Shown: positions 19,502-30,600 of the stretch, piece by piece
How positions within the stretch are numbered: the first letter of the stretch is position 1
How the letters are laid out: every line of letters starts with the position of its first letter
DNA from: a virus
UHGV virus genome: UHGV-0038492
Length of the DNA stretch: 64,000 bases
Direction: 5' to 3' (one strand)
Notes under the pieces: model-generated
What the model saw: only the letters and a program-made list of their open reading frames with translations
What the model was told of the DNA's origin: nothing
Database searches by the model: none
Position numbers and translations under genes: made by a program

Positions 19502-20274
19502 TGCGTATAGTGGATATCCACGATTATCGTAATGACCATTTAGCGATTGGTGTAGAAGGTAAGATGGTTTCGTTAACCCGTGTACGCAAAGGGTTAATGG
19601 AAAAGGAGATCATTCGGGAGTCCGAAGACCCTACCTTTATCATCCTTTCGAACACTAATCAGTTACAGGGCATCTTTTCAGGGCGTGCTGACGGTAAGAT
19701 TTTCTATATGTCCGCAATCGTTGTGTTTGCGAAGAAGAACATCAACTTTGCCCAACTCAAACGTTTGTTAAACGTGAAGATGTTTGATGTCACCTACCCT
19801 GCTAATGACCTAAAACGTCGTGATCAGTTAATGGCGTTTTTGGGTATGCAGCCAACGTCAATCGATTATGACCTTACGATTACTGAAAAGCCGGAAGTAC
19901 GTACTGACTTACCTGACGTGGTCGACGTTGAATCCCTAACGTTAGAAGAGACGTTTACGATTCCTAAGGTTGTTAATGTCAACCTGGACACGCACTGTTT
20001 AGGGTTGTTAGCCGTAGGTGCAGCAGAAGGGTTGTGTTGTCGTAAAGACGGTAAGGTTGAAGGAATCTTAGTCTATTCGAAAATCAACGAAAAGACGTTT
20101 GCCACCGAAGGCTTTTTCTATAACGACTGTACTTACGGAAACGCACTACTAACCACGTATTTCCGTATTGCTTATCTGAAAGGCGCAACTGTACGCCTCA
20201 CGTTTCCATACACAGCTCCACCGTCTATGGGTGGAGTTGAGGTAGAACCATTAACCGGCCACTTTATCTTTTAA
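19501..20274 (+). CDS. hypothetical protein
   Basis: 257-codon ORF with overlapping stop/start. Confidence 0.6.
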   Translation: MRIVDIHDYRNDHLAIGVEGKMVSLTRVRKGLMEKEIIRESEDPTFIILSNTNQLQGIFSGRADGKIFYMSAIVVFAKKNINFAQLKRLLNVKMFDVTYPANDLKRRDQLMAFLGMQPTSIDYDLTITEKPEVRTDLPDVVDVESLTLEETFTIPKVVNVNLDTHCLGLLAVGAAEGLCCRKDGKVEGILVYSKINEKTFATEGFFYNDCTYGNALLTTYFRIAYLKGATVRLTFPYTAPPSMGGVEVEPLTGHFIF

Positions 20275-20283
20275 GGATGATGA

Positions 20284-20511
20284 ATGGAAATCAAACGTAT
20301 TGTAACCAAAAACAAACAGATTGTTTACGTCGCAGGTGATAACGAATTCTCGGCGGTAATCAACAGCGAAAATGTGCTCGTTATCGGTTATCCGGGTAAA
20401 GTTATTACGCGCAGTCACCAACGTGTGATTGACAAACTTATCGCAAAAGCGAAAGCGCGTGACGGTGTTGGTTCAGTACAAACCCACACGGGGTTAACGC
20501 TGGCCCTCTAG
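20284..20511 (+). CDS. small hypothetical protein
   Basis: 75-codon ORF in the operon. Confidence 0.45.
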   Translation: MEIKRIVTKNKQIVYVAGDNEFSAVINSENVLVIGYPGKVITRSHQRVIDKLIAKAKARDGVGSVQTHTGLTLAL

Positions 20512-20550
20512 TCAGCAGGTAATATGACCTCTTAACTGGAGACTTTAATA

Positions 20551-21057
20551 ATGAGTGAGACTCTGGATTTTAATCAGCTCGAACAACACGATTTCGACCT
20601 CGGTGTTCGTGATATCGATGCTGATCATGAAACACGTTGTAAAGAGCTGTTTAACCGTTACGGTCAGCTCATCACCGGTGCCTCTGATGACACCGAATTC
20701 AGTTTAGATGAGTTTGAAAAAGTTCTGTCGTGTTTTATCACTGACTGTCTGGCGAAGAAAGCGTTGCTGGTCGAACTGAACTTAGACTCCGTCGAACCTA
20801 CTGATGCCCATGCGGTGTTGAAAGAATCCATTATCCCAACTGATGAGATTATGGACACTGTCGCAGGTATTCGCGGTACGTTTGAAACTGCCGTAGAAGA
20901 ATACACGGAACAGCTTCGTGAATCAGGACTGACGTTGTGTGCGCCAGCAGGTGAGCCTTTACCGTCCGACGAAGAAACTGAAGAAGCGCGTAGTCGCTTA
21001 GCGCGTTATGTTATTACGTCTATCTTGGTAGATGATCGCGAAGAGAATCTGCTATAA
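20551..21057 (+). CDS. acidic hypothetical protein
   Basis: 168-codon ORF with SD-like GGAG upstream. Confidence 0.55.
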   Translation: MSETLDFNQLEQHDFDLGVRDIDADHETRCKELFNRYGQLITGASDDTEFSLDEFEKVLSCFITDCLAKKALLVELNLDSVEPTDAHAVLKESIIPTDEIMDTVAGIRGTFETAVEEYTEQLRESGLTLCAPAGEPLPSDEETEEARSRLARYVITSILVDDREENLL

Positions 21058-21061
21058 GCTG

Positions 21062-21099
21062 CCCCTCTCTCCGTTTGGAGAGAGGGTGTATTTATTTTT
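21062..21099 (+). terminator. intrinsic terminator
   Basis: hairpin cccctctctcc-gttt-ggagagaggg plus T-run; near-identical stem to 22109. Confidence 0.65.
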
Positions 21100-21155
21100 A
21101 CGCGTATAGCCGTAGTTATGCACAAGTAAACAAAATTAATTGAGGAAACAATCTG

Positions 21156-21473
21156 ATGTGGTTAAGTGCTATTCACCGTGATTTGCCAAAACGTGAAGTG
21201 TCGTTTACTGTTGAGGACGCACCGATTGAGGTAGGCGTCGCGAAATTCGAAAGAATCGAAGAAGGGCAGTTTGTTGTAATGGATGACAACGACAACGAAT
21301 TTATGTTGTTCCATCCGGAAGTTGACACGTCTGAAATTTGTGACGGTGTTCTTTTGTTGTCTTGGCAAAACCCTGAAACCAAAGAATGGATGTGGTGTGT
21401 TGCTAAACCGACAAATGAAGCCGAAACTGCATACGTGTTTGGGGAAATTTATGTCGAGCCAGAACCGCACTAA
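21156..21473 (+). CDS. hypothetical protein
   Basis: GAGGAA upstream of ATG. Confidence 0.55.
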   Translation: MWLSAIHRDLPKREVSFTVEDAPIEVGVAKFERIEEGQFVVMDDNDNEFMLFHPEVDTSEICDGVLLLSWQNPETKEWMWCVAKPTNEAETAYVFGEIYVEPEPH

Positions 21474-21762
21474 TACTGATGAGTCCAATATACAGCGCTT
21501 GCAACGGGCACTAACTGCGCCTCTAGGCGGCGAGATTCACGATCGTTGGGTAATTGCGAGGGTGGTAGAGATTGATTATTCTCAGGGACAGTTAATGTTA
21601 AATAACTGCTCGACGAACGTGCCTTTCACGTTACCGCGCGATATATTCCGTCTTACGCCCAACGTTGATGAAATACTGACAATTGACAGGAAACTTCTAT
21701 CGATAGAACTTCAGCATTTCCCCCTGCCTGGTAAGTCGGTTAACATTGCTTTGTCCAGTTAA
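21451..21762 (+). CDS. hypothetical protein
   Basis: internal ATG at 21451 of the longer track ORF; overlaps the upstream gene by 23 nt. Confidence 0.4.
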   Translation: MSSQNRTNTDESNIQRLQRALTAPLGGEIHDRWVIARVVEIDYSQGQLMLNNCSTNVPFTLPRDIFRLTPNVDEILTIDRKLLSIELQHFPLPGKSVNIALSS

Positions 21763-21777
21763 CGGTCTAAAAAATTT

Positions 21778-21817
21778 AAGATATATTTCATCTATGTGAG
21801 AATTCTCACTTAACTAA
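21778..21817 (+). promoter_or_regulatory. variant of the ATATAT promoter-like motif plus hairpin and TTAACTAAA
   Basis: agatatatttcatctatg followed by hairpin gtgagaattctcac then ttaactaaa, as at 42466. Confidence 0.35.
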
Positions 21818-21832
21818 ATGGAGTAATCTAAA

Positions 21833-22102
21833 ATGGCTAAGATTTACATTGTTGAAAAACGTTCAGGTAATGTTATTTCTTATCACGAAGAAGGTAAACC
21901 TGAAAAAGTTAAAACACTCAAGCTTGAAGGTTTTGATGTGAAAAGCCTGCGTAAAGGCGTGAAGATTACTTTCAAAGGTTTGATTCGTGCAGGTAACTTA
22001 CACATCATCAAAACAGATGGAACGATGGTTGCGTTAGCACCGGCTACCGCTGCGAAAACGACAGCCGGTCGTGGTTGCTACGGCAGCAGTCGTAAGTTTT
22101 AA
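21833..22102 (+). CDS. small hypothetical protein
   Basis: 89-codon ORF with GGAG upstream. Confidence 0.5.
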   Translation: MAKIYIVEKRSGNVISYHEEGKPEKVKTLKLEGFDVKSLRKGVKITFKGLIRAGNLHIIKTDGTMVALAPATAAKTTAGRGCYGSSRKF

Positions 22103-22108
22103 GCAGTG

Positions 22109-22148
22109 CCCCTCTCTCCGCTAGGAGAGAGGGTACTTTTATTTTTCT
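22109..22148 (+). terminator. intrinsic terminator
   Basis: hairpin cccctctctcc-gcta-ggagagaggg plus T-run. Confidence 0.65.
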
Positions 22149-22160
22149 TCGAGGTGTGTG

Positions 22161-22649
22161 ATGACAACGGTATTAGTAACAAAGGATTACATTTTAGCCG
22201 ATCGGTTGGTTGATTACGGCGGTACAGTTAAAGAGCTTCCTAAATTACACAAATACAAAAACAAATTCGTTGTTTACACTGGGGAACGTGTATTGGACTC
22301 TGATCTCTGGAAAACGATGATAATGTCCGCAGCAGAAAAATATTTAATTGAAGAAAAGCGAACTAAGGTTGAAGGGATATTTAAAGATCTTATCGAAAAA
22401 GAACGACTTTTCGATCAGGTTATTATTTTTACAGCTAAGGAAACGTTTTGGCTAGGGTTGGTAGCAGATAAATTTGAAGCCCACACATTGAATAAAAACA
22501 CGGTTTGGACAACGGGTTCAGGTCAAGGTTTTGCTCGAGCAGCATGGGCATCAGGCATAGCCGAAAAGAATATCGTCCCCTTAGTAGGTTCGATCGATAC
22601 AGCGACATCACAGTCTTACGACTTGTTTTACAGGAAGCATTTACGATGA
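22161..22649 (+). CDS. hypothetical protein
   Basis: ATG at 22161 preceded by GAGGTG. Confidence 0.55.
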   Translation: MTTVLVTKDYILADRLVDYGGTVKELPKLHKYKNKFVVYTGERVLDSDLWKTMIMSAAEKYLIEEKRTKVEGIFKDLIEKERLFDQVIIFTAKETFWLGLVADKFEAHTLNKNTVWTTGSGQGFARAAWASGIAEKNIVPLVGSIDTATSQSYDLFYRKHLR

Positions 22650-23167
22650 AAATAAATGCGGTTTTAATTGGCGAAGAAATATTCGTGAATACAAAAACAC
22701 AATACTTGTGCTACGAAGGCATTACTGTAATAGATGACTATTACGGTAAGTACGGTTGGTGGATTCCGTCACCTAACTCTTTGCGATTAGAAGAAGCAAT
22801 AACTGCCGAAGAAAACAAACTGGATGATGAATGGACTTATATCAGCTCCGTAATTGACGTTAGCGGACGAATTAAAGACGTCTTCTGGGCTAAAGGTATA
22901 GGGTGGCGTGTTACGCTACATCAAGCCACACCGGTAAGATTGTTGTACGACCACACTGACACTTCGGAGTTAGCGTTTACCATTGAGACGCTCTCAGTGC
23001 GTAAAGATTTAGATAACGTAGGTAAAGGGAAGTGGTCGATTGAACGTATAGAGGAAATTCTCAGTCACTTTAAAGCCAACAACCAATTTAAACGTTGGTG
23101 TACGCTACCTGAGTTAGTAGAAGAGTTGAAAAAGCGGGATTGCAAGCCGCTACCTTTTAATCCGTAA
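22646..23167 (+). CDS. hypothetical protein
   Basis: ATGA stop/start overlap at 22646. Confidence 0.55.
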   Translation: MKINAVLIGEEIFVNTKTQYLCYEGITVIDDYYGKYGWWIPSPNSLRLEEAITAEENKLDDEWTYISSVIDVSGRIKDVFWAKGIGWRVTLHQATPVRLLYDHTDTSELAFTIETLSVRKDLDNVGKGKWSIERIEEILSHFKANNQFKRWCTLPELVEELKKRDCKPLPFNP

Positions 23168-23211
23168 CTTTTTACGAATGCAGCTATTTTAATGATTAGG
23201 AGAATATAGAG

Positions 23212-23607
23212 ATGACAGCAATACTAGGTGTAATGGCAAGAAAAGCCGACATCATTGAAACGTTTATTGAGCAATACAACAACTCGCCGTATACGCGTTT
23301 TAGATTACATAAACCGAAGAATAGTACAGAATGGGTTCGCTGGTTCAGGATTTGGGATAAAACAATAAGTAAAATTGATCCGTTATTTAGAATAACGGTT
23401 GAACCTGCTTATTGGATTGTAATGGAAATTTCGCTATTACGTATTATCGAAAAACGTCCGATTGACACTATGACGATGTTTGGGAAAGATACGTATAAAA
23501 TGTTGACCAATGGTTTTGTGGGTAATGGGGAACACACGTTGTATCAGGCGATGCTGGAAATGTGTTTGTTCGATTTAGTTACTTACGAATTGGGGATTTC
23601 AAAATGA
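23212..23607 (+). CDS. hypothetical protein
   Basis: TAGGAG upstream of ATG. Confidence 0.55.
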   Translation: MTAILGVMARKADIIETFIEQYNNSPYTRFRLHKPKNSTEWVRWFRIWDKTISKIDPLFRITVEPAYWIVMEISLLRIIEKRPIDTMTMFGKDTYKMLTNGFVGNGEHTLYQAMLEMCLFDLVTYELGISK

Positions 23608-24068
23608 ATTGCTTCGAATCTAAAGAAATTGTTGAGTTGTTTAAGCAACGTGAGAAAACAACATTCCGTGACCTGTACGATTCCGATTACCGTCCTCTGT
23701 TTGCGGTATTGTTGAAACTGGATAAAGAACCCGAAATCGCACTAGCAGAAGTTCAGCATCATCACATCAGTTTCGTGTTAACTGAAAACAAGGAACGTTG
23801 GGTAGATGACATACTGGGTCGTATTGCGCTTTTGGAAACGCCGCATCGCTGGGAAGTGGTTATTCAGAAATCGTTGTTCCCGCGTGAAGACATTTTCAAC
23901 AATTATCGTCCGAAACAGTATTACAACCACGACGGGTCACCAAAACGTGCTTTTCTGGCACCCCAGCATTTCGTAACCTACGTAACGTTGCGTTACAAAG
24001 ACACCGTGGTACCGTTTGACACCTACCTGGAAATGCGTGAGATAATTTTAGGGAAGAATCCAACATGA
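23604..24068 (+). CDS. hypothetical protein
   Basis: ATGA overlap at 23604. Confidence 0.55.
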   Translation: MNCFESKEIVELFKQREKTTFRDLYDSDYRPLFAVLLKLDKEPEIALAEVQHHHISFVLTENKERWVDDILGRIALLETPHRWEVVIQKSLFPREDIFNNYRPKQYYNHDGSPKRAFLAPQHFVTYVTLRYKDTVVPFDTYLEMREIILGKNPT

Positions 24069-24547
24069 TTCAATTTTCTGTTGACGCAGAAAGACTGGCG
24101 TCGTTTAAAGAACGTGCTCAGTCTGCAACTAAAAACGGCTATATCGAGAAAGGTGTTCGTGATACCTGTAAACTAATTAACGACCATCCGCACCTGGCGA
24201 CAATGTGGAGCTGTGAAGGTCACGGTATGTATTCTAAGTCACCTGGAAATCTGCATATCGTTTTTGCAACAGACGCTATTGGAAGTCAGATTCCAATGCA
24301 GGTTATGTCCGAACTTGCAAAATCGGATTTACCTAATTTTTGGAATCTTAGTTTGTGTCGTCTTTATATACCAGATTCATACACGGATTTGGTATATCTT
24401 GAACCTGACTATGGGCTAAACACCGACGACACGTCTTACTGGGCTTGGAAAATCGGATACATGTGCTTGATTAATCGGCCAGCATTAATTGAGACACGTC
24501 AAGCTCTTTACAAAGCATTTCACACAGTATTAGTTGAGAATAAATAA
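24065..24547 (+). CDS. hypothetical protein
   Basis: ATGA overlap at 24065. Confidence 0.55.
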   Translation: MIQFSVDAERLASFKERAQSATKNGYIEKGVRDTCKLINDHPHLATMWSCEGHGMYSKSPGNLHIVFATDAIGSQIPMQVMSELAKSDLPNFWNLSLCRLYIPDSYTDLVYLEPDYGLNTDDTSYWAWKIGYMCLINRPALIETRQALYKAFHTVLVENK

Positions 24548-25239
24548 TGGCTACCAAACAAAAGAAACCTCGTAACAAAAAGTATAACCCGAAAGCGGCT
24601 GCTAACCGTACTGCGCACACCATTGCTGAAAATGCGCTAAACCGTATTACTTTCGTCGGTAGCTCTATTCGTCCTATTGGTCCGTACGCAGGCCGTGGTT
24701 TCCAGTTCACAACGTCACCGCGTATGCGCATGGCAGCGACTGATATGTTAATCGGTGGTTTGTTTGACGAACCACGTAACTGGAAACTCTGGGTTGCGCA
24801 TCTGTACGAAACGGATAATGGTGTACAAGCAGAAACCGTCGTGGCAACGCTTGACGACTACACGTTAAGTGACTTCTGTCAACACGGCGACAAAATCATC
24901 AAGTCGTTACGTGAGACAGAAGAAAACTACTTCGGTTACGCTTTCGTTGCTGCACCTAACGAACGCTATGATTTCGACCAGGGAGAAGAACGCTTACTGG
25001 AAAACTTCATGCATTCTGGACTGTTAGACAAATCCTTACACTTACCTGAAGAAGAACTGATGGTTTCGCGTAAGGATATGGTAACGTTGCTGTTAGCCGA
25101 CCGTGGTCGTTTTGATATCACCGAGCCACATGTACGTAAGGTACAGAAACTCGTGGATAAGGTAGACGAAACTGACCTGGACACTAATGAAGTCGCAACG
25201 CGTATTCAAAGTGTAGTAAACCAGATTGAGGATTACTAA
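24547..25239 (+). CDS. hypothetical protein
   Basis: 230-codon ORF; start overlaps the upstream stop. Confidence 0.6.
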   Translation: MATKQKKPRNKKYNPKAAANRTAHTIAENALNRITFVGSSIRPIGPYAGRGFQFTTSPRMRMAATDMLIGGLFDEPRNWKLWVAHLYETDNGVQAETVVATLDDYTLSDFCQHGDKIIKSLRETEENYFGYAFVAAPNERYDFDQGEERLLENFMHSGLLDKSLHLPEEELMVSRKDMVTLLLADRGRFDITEPHVRKVQKLVDKVDETDLDTNEVATRIQSVVNQIEDY

Positions 25240-25241
25240 AC

Positions 25242-25772
25242 GTGATAGCACGACTTGTGGGTTGGTTTAAGCAACGTCGTGCAAAGGCGGTCGAATGGCC
25301 GCCTATTACGCATGACGAGAAAGTGGCTCTTTTTTTGGGGTATAACAAAGACTTGGGGAGATTAGGCGAGTTAATGCACTTAACGGAACGCCAGGTTTTT
25401 GCTAAGATTTCGAGCAGCGAGTTGCGTAAAGAAGTAATTCCCCACCTATCCTTTTTAGGGCAGGTTTATGCAAAGACGACAGAGGAATTTTTATCAACCC
25501 AAGGTAGCGAACGGCCACATATTCGGTTTTCCGTCGTAGGTGAACCTGATACGGTAGGTGAAATCGATTTTAAGATGCTGTATCGCAGAATAAAAGATGA
25601 TGGGTTTATACATGTTAAACGATTATCAGAAACTTCTGTGGTGATTTATCATCGCACTGATCAGGATTTGTTAGGGTGTGTTATAAAGCTATCAAATTTA
25701 CATAGTTTTTACGTTGATTTACTTACGGACTTTTATCCAGAACCTTGGTGCTTTATAGATGAAAATAAATGA
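25242..25772 (+). CDS. hypothetical protein (GTG start)
   Basis: 176-codon ORF; no obvious SD. Confidence 0.45.
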   Translation: MIARLVGWFKQRRAKAVEWPPITHDEKVALFLGYNKDLGRLGELMHLTERQVFAKISSSELRKEVIPHLSFLGQVYAKTTEEFLSTQGSERPHIRFSVVGEPDTVGEIDFKMLYRRIKDDGFIHVKRLSETSVVIYHRTDQDLLGCVIKLSNLHSFYVDLLTDFYPEPWCFIDENK

Positions 25773-25971
25773 CGGATATATCATTTCAGCAATCGTTTCA
25801 ACTGCGTTGATTGTAGCGATGTTGATGTTCTACGTTAAGACGTCTGACGAATCACGTAGAGACTCCCTTTATCGTGAATGTATGTCAGGCACTACTGTAG
25901 ATAGCCCACGTTACGCTGAATTAGTAATGGCGTGTACGGAATACGCTAATCGAATGGGAGGAGGGAAATGA
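25759..25971 (+). CDS. small membrane protein
   Basis: single hydrophobic helix ISAIVSTALIVAMLMFYV. Confidence 0.45.
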   Translation: MKINDGYIISAIVSTALIVAMLMFYVKTSDESRRDSLYRECMSGTTVDSPRYAELVMACTEYANRMGGGK

Positions 25972-26165
25972 AAATTTGGTTGCCGATTGTAGTTTTTATC
26001 GTTATTGCAGGGGCTTTAGCGAATGCCGAGTACGACTCTCGTACTTTAGAAACGAAACGTGAATTGTACCAGGACTGTATAAAGGATTATACACCGGGCA
26101 CAGAACTTCATGCGCAAGCTGTAAAAAGCTGTGCGCTGATGGCTGAATCGCAGACTCGTTCCTAA
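25968..26165 (+). CDS. small membrane protein
   Basis: hydrophobic helix IWLPIVVFIVIAGALA; GGAGGG upstream. Confidence 0.45.
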   Translation: MKIWLPIVVFIVIAGALANAEYDSRTLETKRELYQDCIKDYTPGTELHAQAVKSCALMAESQTRS

Positions 26166-26539
26166 TGCGTATCTGGACGCTACAACTCGCTAAGTGGCGG
26201 TTAGCTAAGCAGAAAGGATTTCACGCAGTGGATATCACTGTGAAGTCAGGGCGGAAGGAACTCGCCCCCGACTGGGATTTCCTAATGGCGTATAAAAACT
26301 CTGCCCAAGACGCCGCCGCTGAGCGTGAATACACGATAAAGTATTTGTACAAGCTCGAACGACTGTTAGATGCCGATGCCGAAACGTTGGTCTCGTTGCT
26401 TAGACACGAAGATTTGGTTTTGATGTGTTATTGTCCCGCAGGTAAGTTTTGTCATCGTCACCTACTGGCGAGCAAACTTCAAGAAGTAGGAATGATGTTC
26501 GGTATCGATGTTGAGTTGTGTGGCGAATTAACCGAATGA
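26165..26539 (+). CDS. hypothetical protein
   Basis: 124-codon ORF. Confidence 0.5.
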   Translation: MRIWTLQLAKWRLAKQKGFHAVDITVKSGRKELAPDWDFLMAYKNSAQDAAAEREYTIKYLYKLERLLDADAETLVSLLRHEDLVLMCYCPAGKFCHRHLLASKLQEVGMMFGIDVELCGELTE

Positions 26540-26603
26540 AAAACTTTATCAAAACCTTCCGAAAATCACCAATCGTTCTTGATTTTTAAGTACAGAATAG
26601 TCT

Positions 26604-26648
26604 CCTACCGCCCGATTCTATGGGCGGTAGGTGTTTTATTTTTTTTTC
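26604..26648 (+). terminator. intrinsic terminator
   Basis: hairpin cctaccgccc-gattctat-gggcggtagg plus T-run. Confidence 0.65.
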
Positions 26649-26664
26649 GATCTTGGAGGGTTAA

Positions 26665-27228
26665 GTGGCCACATCTTACGTACCTGATTTGAGTCTGACC
26701 TCAGCAGAGCTAGTGGTCGCTTTAATCAATCATGATAACGGGTTACAGCTTACACTAAACGAAATCCGTATTAGCGGAACTGTAACAAACCCATCCCCAA
26801 CAACTTCGCGACGTAACACTATCACCGAAATCAGTAAAATCAGAAAACCAGATGGTGCGTCTGTTGTGGTTTACTACGACAGACTTGACGCCGATGAGGT
26901 ATTAACGTCCGAACCTATTTTGATTTCGTTAGACGGTACCGAAGCGAACATTCGTGATGTGCTTAGTGTTGTAAATGAATACTGCGGTACGAATTTACAA
27001 CCTGAGGACTTACGTGCCTCAGATATTACTTCAGGTAATGATCCTATTGCTATTAACGTTGCTGACGATTCTCCTGCCTGGATGAATGCGTTTATGGTGA
27101 CGTTGTTTGATAAAACCGAACGTGCGTTAGCGAACGAAGAAGATGAAATCTTCTGCATCGGTGACGATAGCGTTCTTACATTCGAGGTTACAGATGGCGA
27201 CAGCACTGAAGAAGACGAGACTCCATGA
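26665..27228 (+). CDS. tail-fibre-associated protein, member of a six-gene paralog family (paralog of 36829..37341)
   Basis: GTG start after GGAGGG; N-terminus PDLSLTS...NHD and C-terminal NEYCGTNLQPEDL shared with 36829. Confidence 0.6.
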   Translation: MATSYVPDLSLTSAELVVALINHDNGLQLTLNEIRISGTVTNPSPTTSRRNTITEISKIRKPDGASVVVYYDRLDADEVLTSEPILISLDGTEANIRDVLSVVNEYCGTNLQPEDLRASDITSGNDPIAINVADDSPAWMNAFMVTLFDKTERALANEEDEIFCIGDDSVLTFEVTDGDSTEEDETP

Positions 27229-27655
27229 GCTCGAAAGCTACGCAGGCACACCCCAAGGCGGGGTACTGCTGTATAGCAAAGACAATAAAGAATATAAAAT
27301 TGATGTTGATAAGTTAGCCCCGGTTGCGACAGTCACCACGGTTAACGGTTCGAATAATGCCGCCACGTTGGATTTCAATACCAGCACTGACATTATTCTG
27401 GTGTTAAACGATCCTAACACTACAGTGACGTTCGCAGCCCTTACCAACGTTGCAGAAAATACCCGTTTCGAAGTAATGCTAACGATTAAGCAAGGAACAG
27501 GGGCGAATAAAGTAACCTGGCCTGAAAACGTTAAATGGCCTCACGGTGCACAACCGGTTTTATCCTACGCGGCAAATGCGGAAGACACTCTGTCGCTTTA
27601 TACCCTTGATGGGGGTGCCACCTGGAAAGGTTCTCTTCTTGCAGCGGGTTACTAA
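27194..27655 (+). CDS. short fibre protein carrying the conserved fibre N-terminal domain
   Basis: N-terminus LKKTRLHELESYAGTPQGGVLLYSKDNKEYK matches the N-termini of 30743 and 37344. Confidence 0.55.
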   Translation: MATALKKTRLHELESYAGTPQGGVLLYSKDNKEYKIDVDKLAPVATVTTVNGSNNAATLDFNTSTDIILVLNDPNTTVTFAALTNVAENTRFEVMLTIKQGTGANKVTWPENVKWPHGAQPVLSYAANAEDTLSLYTLDGGATWKGSLLAAGY

Positions 27656-30600
27656 ATGAGAAAACATTTTCAGCGTCACGCGATTAGCTACGCGTTATCG
27701 TTAGCTTACGGACACCAATCCTTCGTTACCCGGAATACGGGAACGACTCACGACGCGCACAACGAACACTATATTCAAAACGAAGAAGGTGTTCTGTCGA
27801 ATAACCGTCATTTCATTGCTGACACTATGGCGGAATACCAACCGAACGGGGATGCGACGACCGAGGGTCAGTCGTTACACGTTATTGGTTACTGCCACAT
27901 GTATATCGCGACGAAAGACGAAAGATGGTTAGATGCGGCGAAACGTGCCTGGGATGCGTACAACACGTACTTCTACGTCGGACAACCTATTCCGACCACA
28001 CCCCAGCGTCGTATTTGTAACTGGTTGGTAAACGGGAAAGAACCGGTATTAGCACATTATCCAATACATCCTACAGAACCTACCCAAGGTGGGTATAAAA
28101 GCGTTCCTGTAAGGTTTACAAACGGACAGTGTAAAATACCGCATGGTGCACCGTTCTGGGGAGAGTATTTGGATACCTTTACGTTTGCGCATCGTGGTCA
28201 CCCTGCCTGGGAAGCCATTAACGCAGACGTACAGATTATCAAGGAAGACAAAGAAGGGTCAATTAATTGGGAAGATGTTTTAACTCACGTTATTACCAAT
28301 CCTGATAAACCCTACGAGGCCAAAGCGTGGGTTGATTGGCCTACGTTATTAAACAACGCTACAGGGTACACCCCGCTTTGGGGTGGGAGCGCAACAAAAG
28401 CCCCTAAACACGACGTTGACTGGATAATTGCCTGGACAGGTAACAAAATCCAGGACAGTGAGATTATTGAAACAGGATTAGCAGATGCTGATAAAGGTAC
28501 CGTACAGTTAAAAGACACGCAGTTAAACGGTGTCTATTTGATTAACTACGCGGTAAAACTGCCTGTCGAACACGGTGGTTACGAGTTTAAACGTAACGAA
28601 CCGTGGCACAACCGTCCAGTTCACACGCCGTTCTTAGGATCGAAAAACCAATACGGTAACGCCGCTGATGCTGAACTGTGGTTTATTGACGCCTGTTATT
28701 TGCTGTGGCGAATCACGGGTGAAGAGAAATACAAACAAGCATTAGACTGTACTTTCTACACAGCACACGAGTACACGTATATTGATGCGGTAGATAAATT
28801 CTTCCGTCGTTCTACCGCTGCGGAAACACCGTTTACGGACGGCATTTCGTACGACTTCAATTACCCGGACACCGTAAGTGCTACATACGGCCGTGATGAG
28901 AATGGGGATATTACCATCCATGTGCCTGAAGCGGCACAACACTTTATGGAGCAGAAAGCGGTTCGATTCAGGATTAACAAAGACTCCAAACTACGTGTCA
29001 CGTACGGCGGGGTTTGTAAGAACGGCGATCCTGTCTACTGTAAAGCAATGGTAAACATTAACCCTGTGAAAGCTGATACCGAGGAAGTAAACTGGTACGG
29101 TTTAACTTTACCTCGGTCTACGGTAAATACCGTTAAGCAGTACGATGTTGACTTAGGCCAACTTGCCCGTATTAGCACCCCAGAAGGGGAAGATTACCTG
29201 ATAGCTGATGACCGTGCGTGTTCGGACTATGGTGGTTGTACGTGGGAAGAACGTTTTGAGGACAGCATTTACGACGGTCGCGCGGGTACCGTTATAGAAG
29301 CTGAATTTCCTGATGACGGTGCCGGGTTTATTATCGGGTTCTGGTTAACCGCTGAAGAGAAGGTAAAACCGGTTTCTATTGTCTACCGTGCGGACGCAGA
29401 TTTTAACCTGCGTTTAGCTGACAGCGATAAGTGGCGTTGGTGGTGGATGTTACCCAACACAAACAACGAATGGCGTCAGGTAACGTTAAATCCGGATGAT
29501 GCCACACTTTCCAGTTATCAGCCGGACCACACAGACGACGACCCTAAACCGGCAGCGCCGAATTTCGATAAGGTGGATCAGGTCACGATTCTCCCTGACT
29601 CTACGGTTGACCATGCGCACTTTGCTTACTATTGTGTTAACGATGTTCCACCGCTCTTTAATAAAGACGACGGTTATATTCTCACCTTCCGTATTGGGTT
29701 ACGCGGCGGTGGAGAGTTTGATGCGAAGGTCGGCGACTGTACGATCAAAGATTACCGTTTGGATTCGTTAGCGTATTGTCCGGGTACGATACCGTTCTCG
29801 AACAACTATTCAGAAGGTTCAGAACAGTTAGGTGCTTGGCACGGGATGCCTTATCCGGGTTATCAGTATCCGTTTATGTACACTATCCACAAAGACGACC
29901 GGTATAAGCTGTGGTTAGATAACCAGATTCAATTCATGTACGATTCGCAGTTGGCTTACCAACGGCAGCTCGGTGAATTAGGGCCTGGTTGTGCAGCTTA
30001 TATTTGGAACCGTTGGGACAACTACACCTACGGAGAAGCGGATACCTGGACAACGTTCCATTGGAGCGACGACCATCCGTGGCCAGGGTATCAACCTCGT
30101 GCGTTTCATGCTGCGTGTCGTTGCTGGTACGAACTGAAACTAAGAGGTAAAGAGGTTCCTGAAGCGTTAACAAGCTATATTGAAAACTGGGTGAATTGGC
30201 TAGGTGGGTTTGTGGATCGGTTTAACGGACACACCCCTAACGAGTTTCCTACAGCACCGAATAAACCCGTTTGGGTGGAAGATGACTTCAACGCACATAT
30301 GTGTGCGTTGTGGTTAGCAGGCTGTTGTTGGGCATTACTCGCTGGTGCAACGAATCCGAACTACGATAAGGTAGTTAATGCGGCAATTAAGGAGTTAGGT
30401 GAAGGGTTTACGATTACCTCAATTCCGAATAAGCCGATTAACGGGGCGTGGTCTCCAGCCGCTCGAGAGTCTTCCGATAACGGTATGGCTTTTGGGTTCT
30501 ACAGTGGGGAAGCGTTCCGTGCGTTAGGTCTCTACGTTACTTACAAAACTTACGGAGCCAACGCTAATATTTATCGTGACTTAGCGATTACTGACCACAG

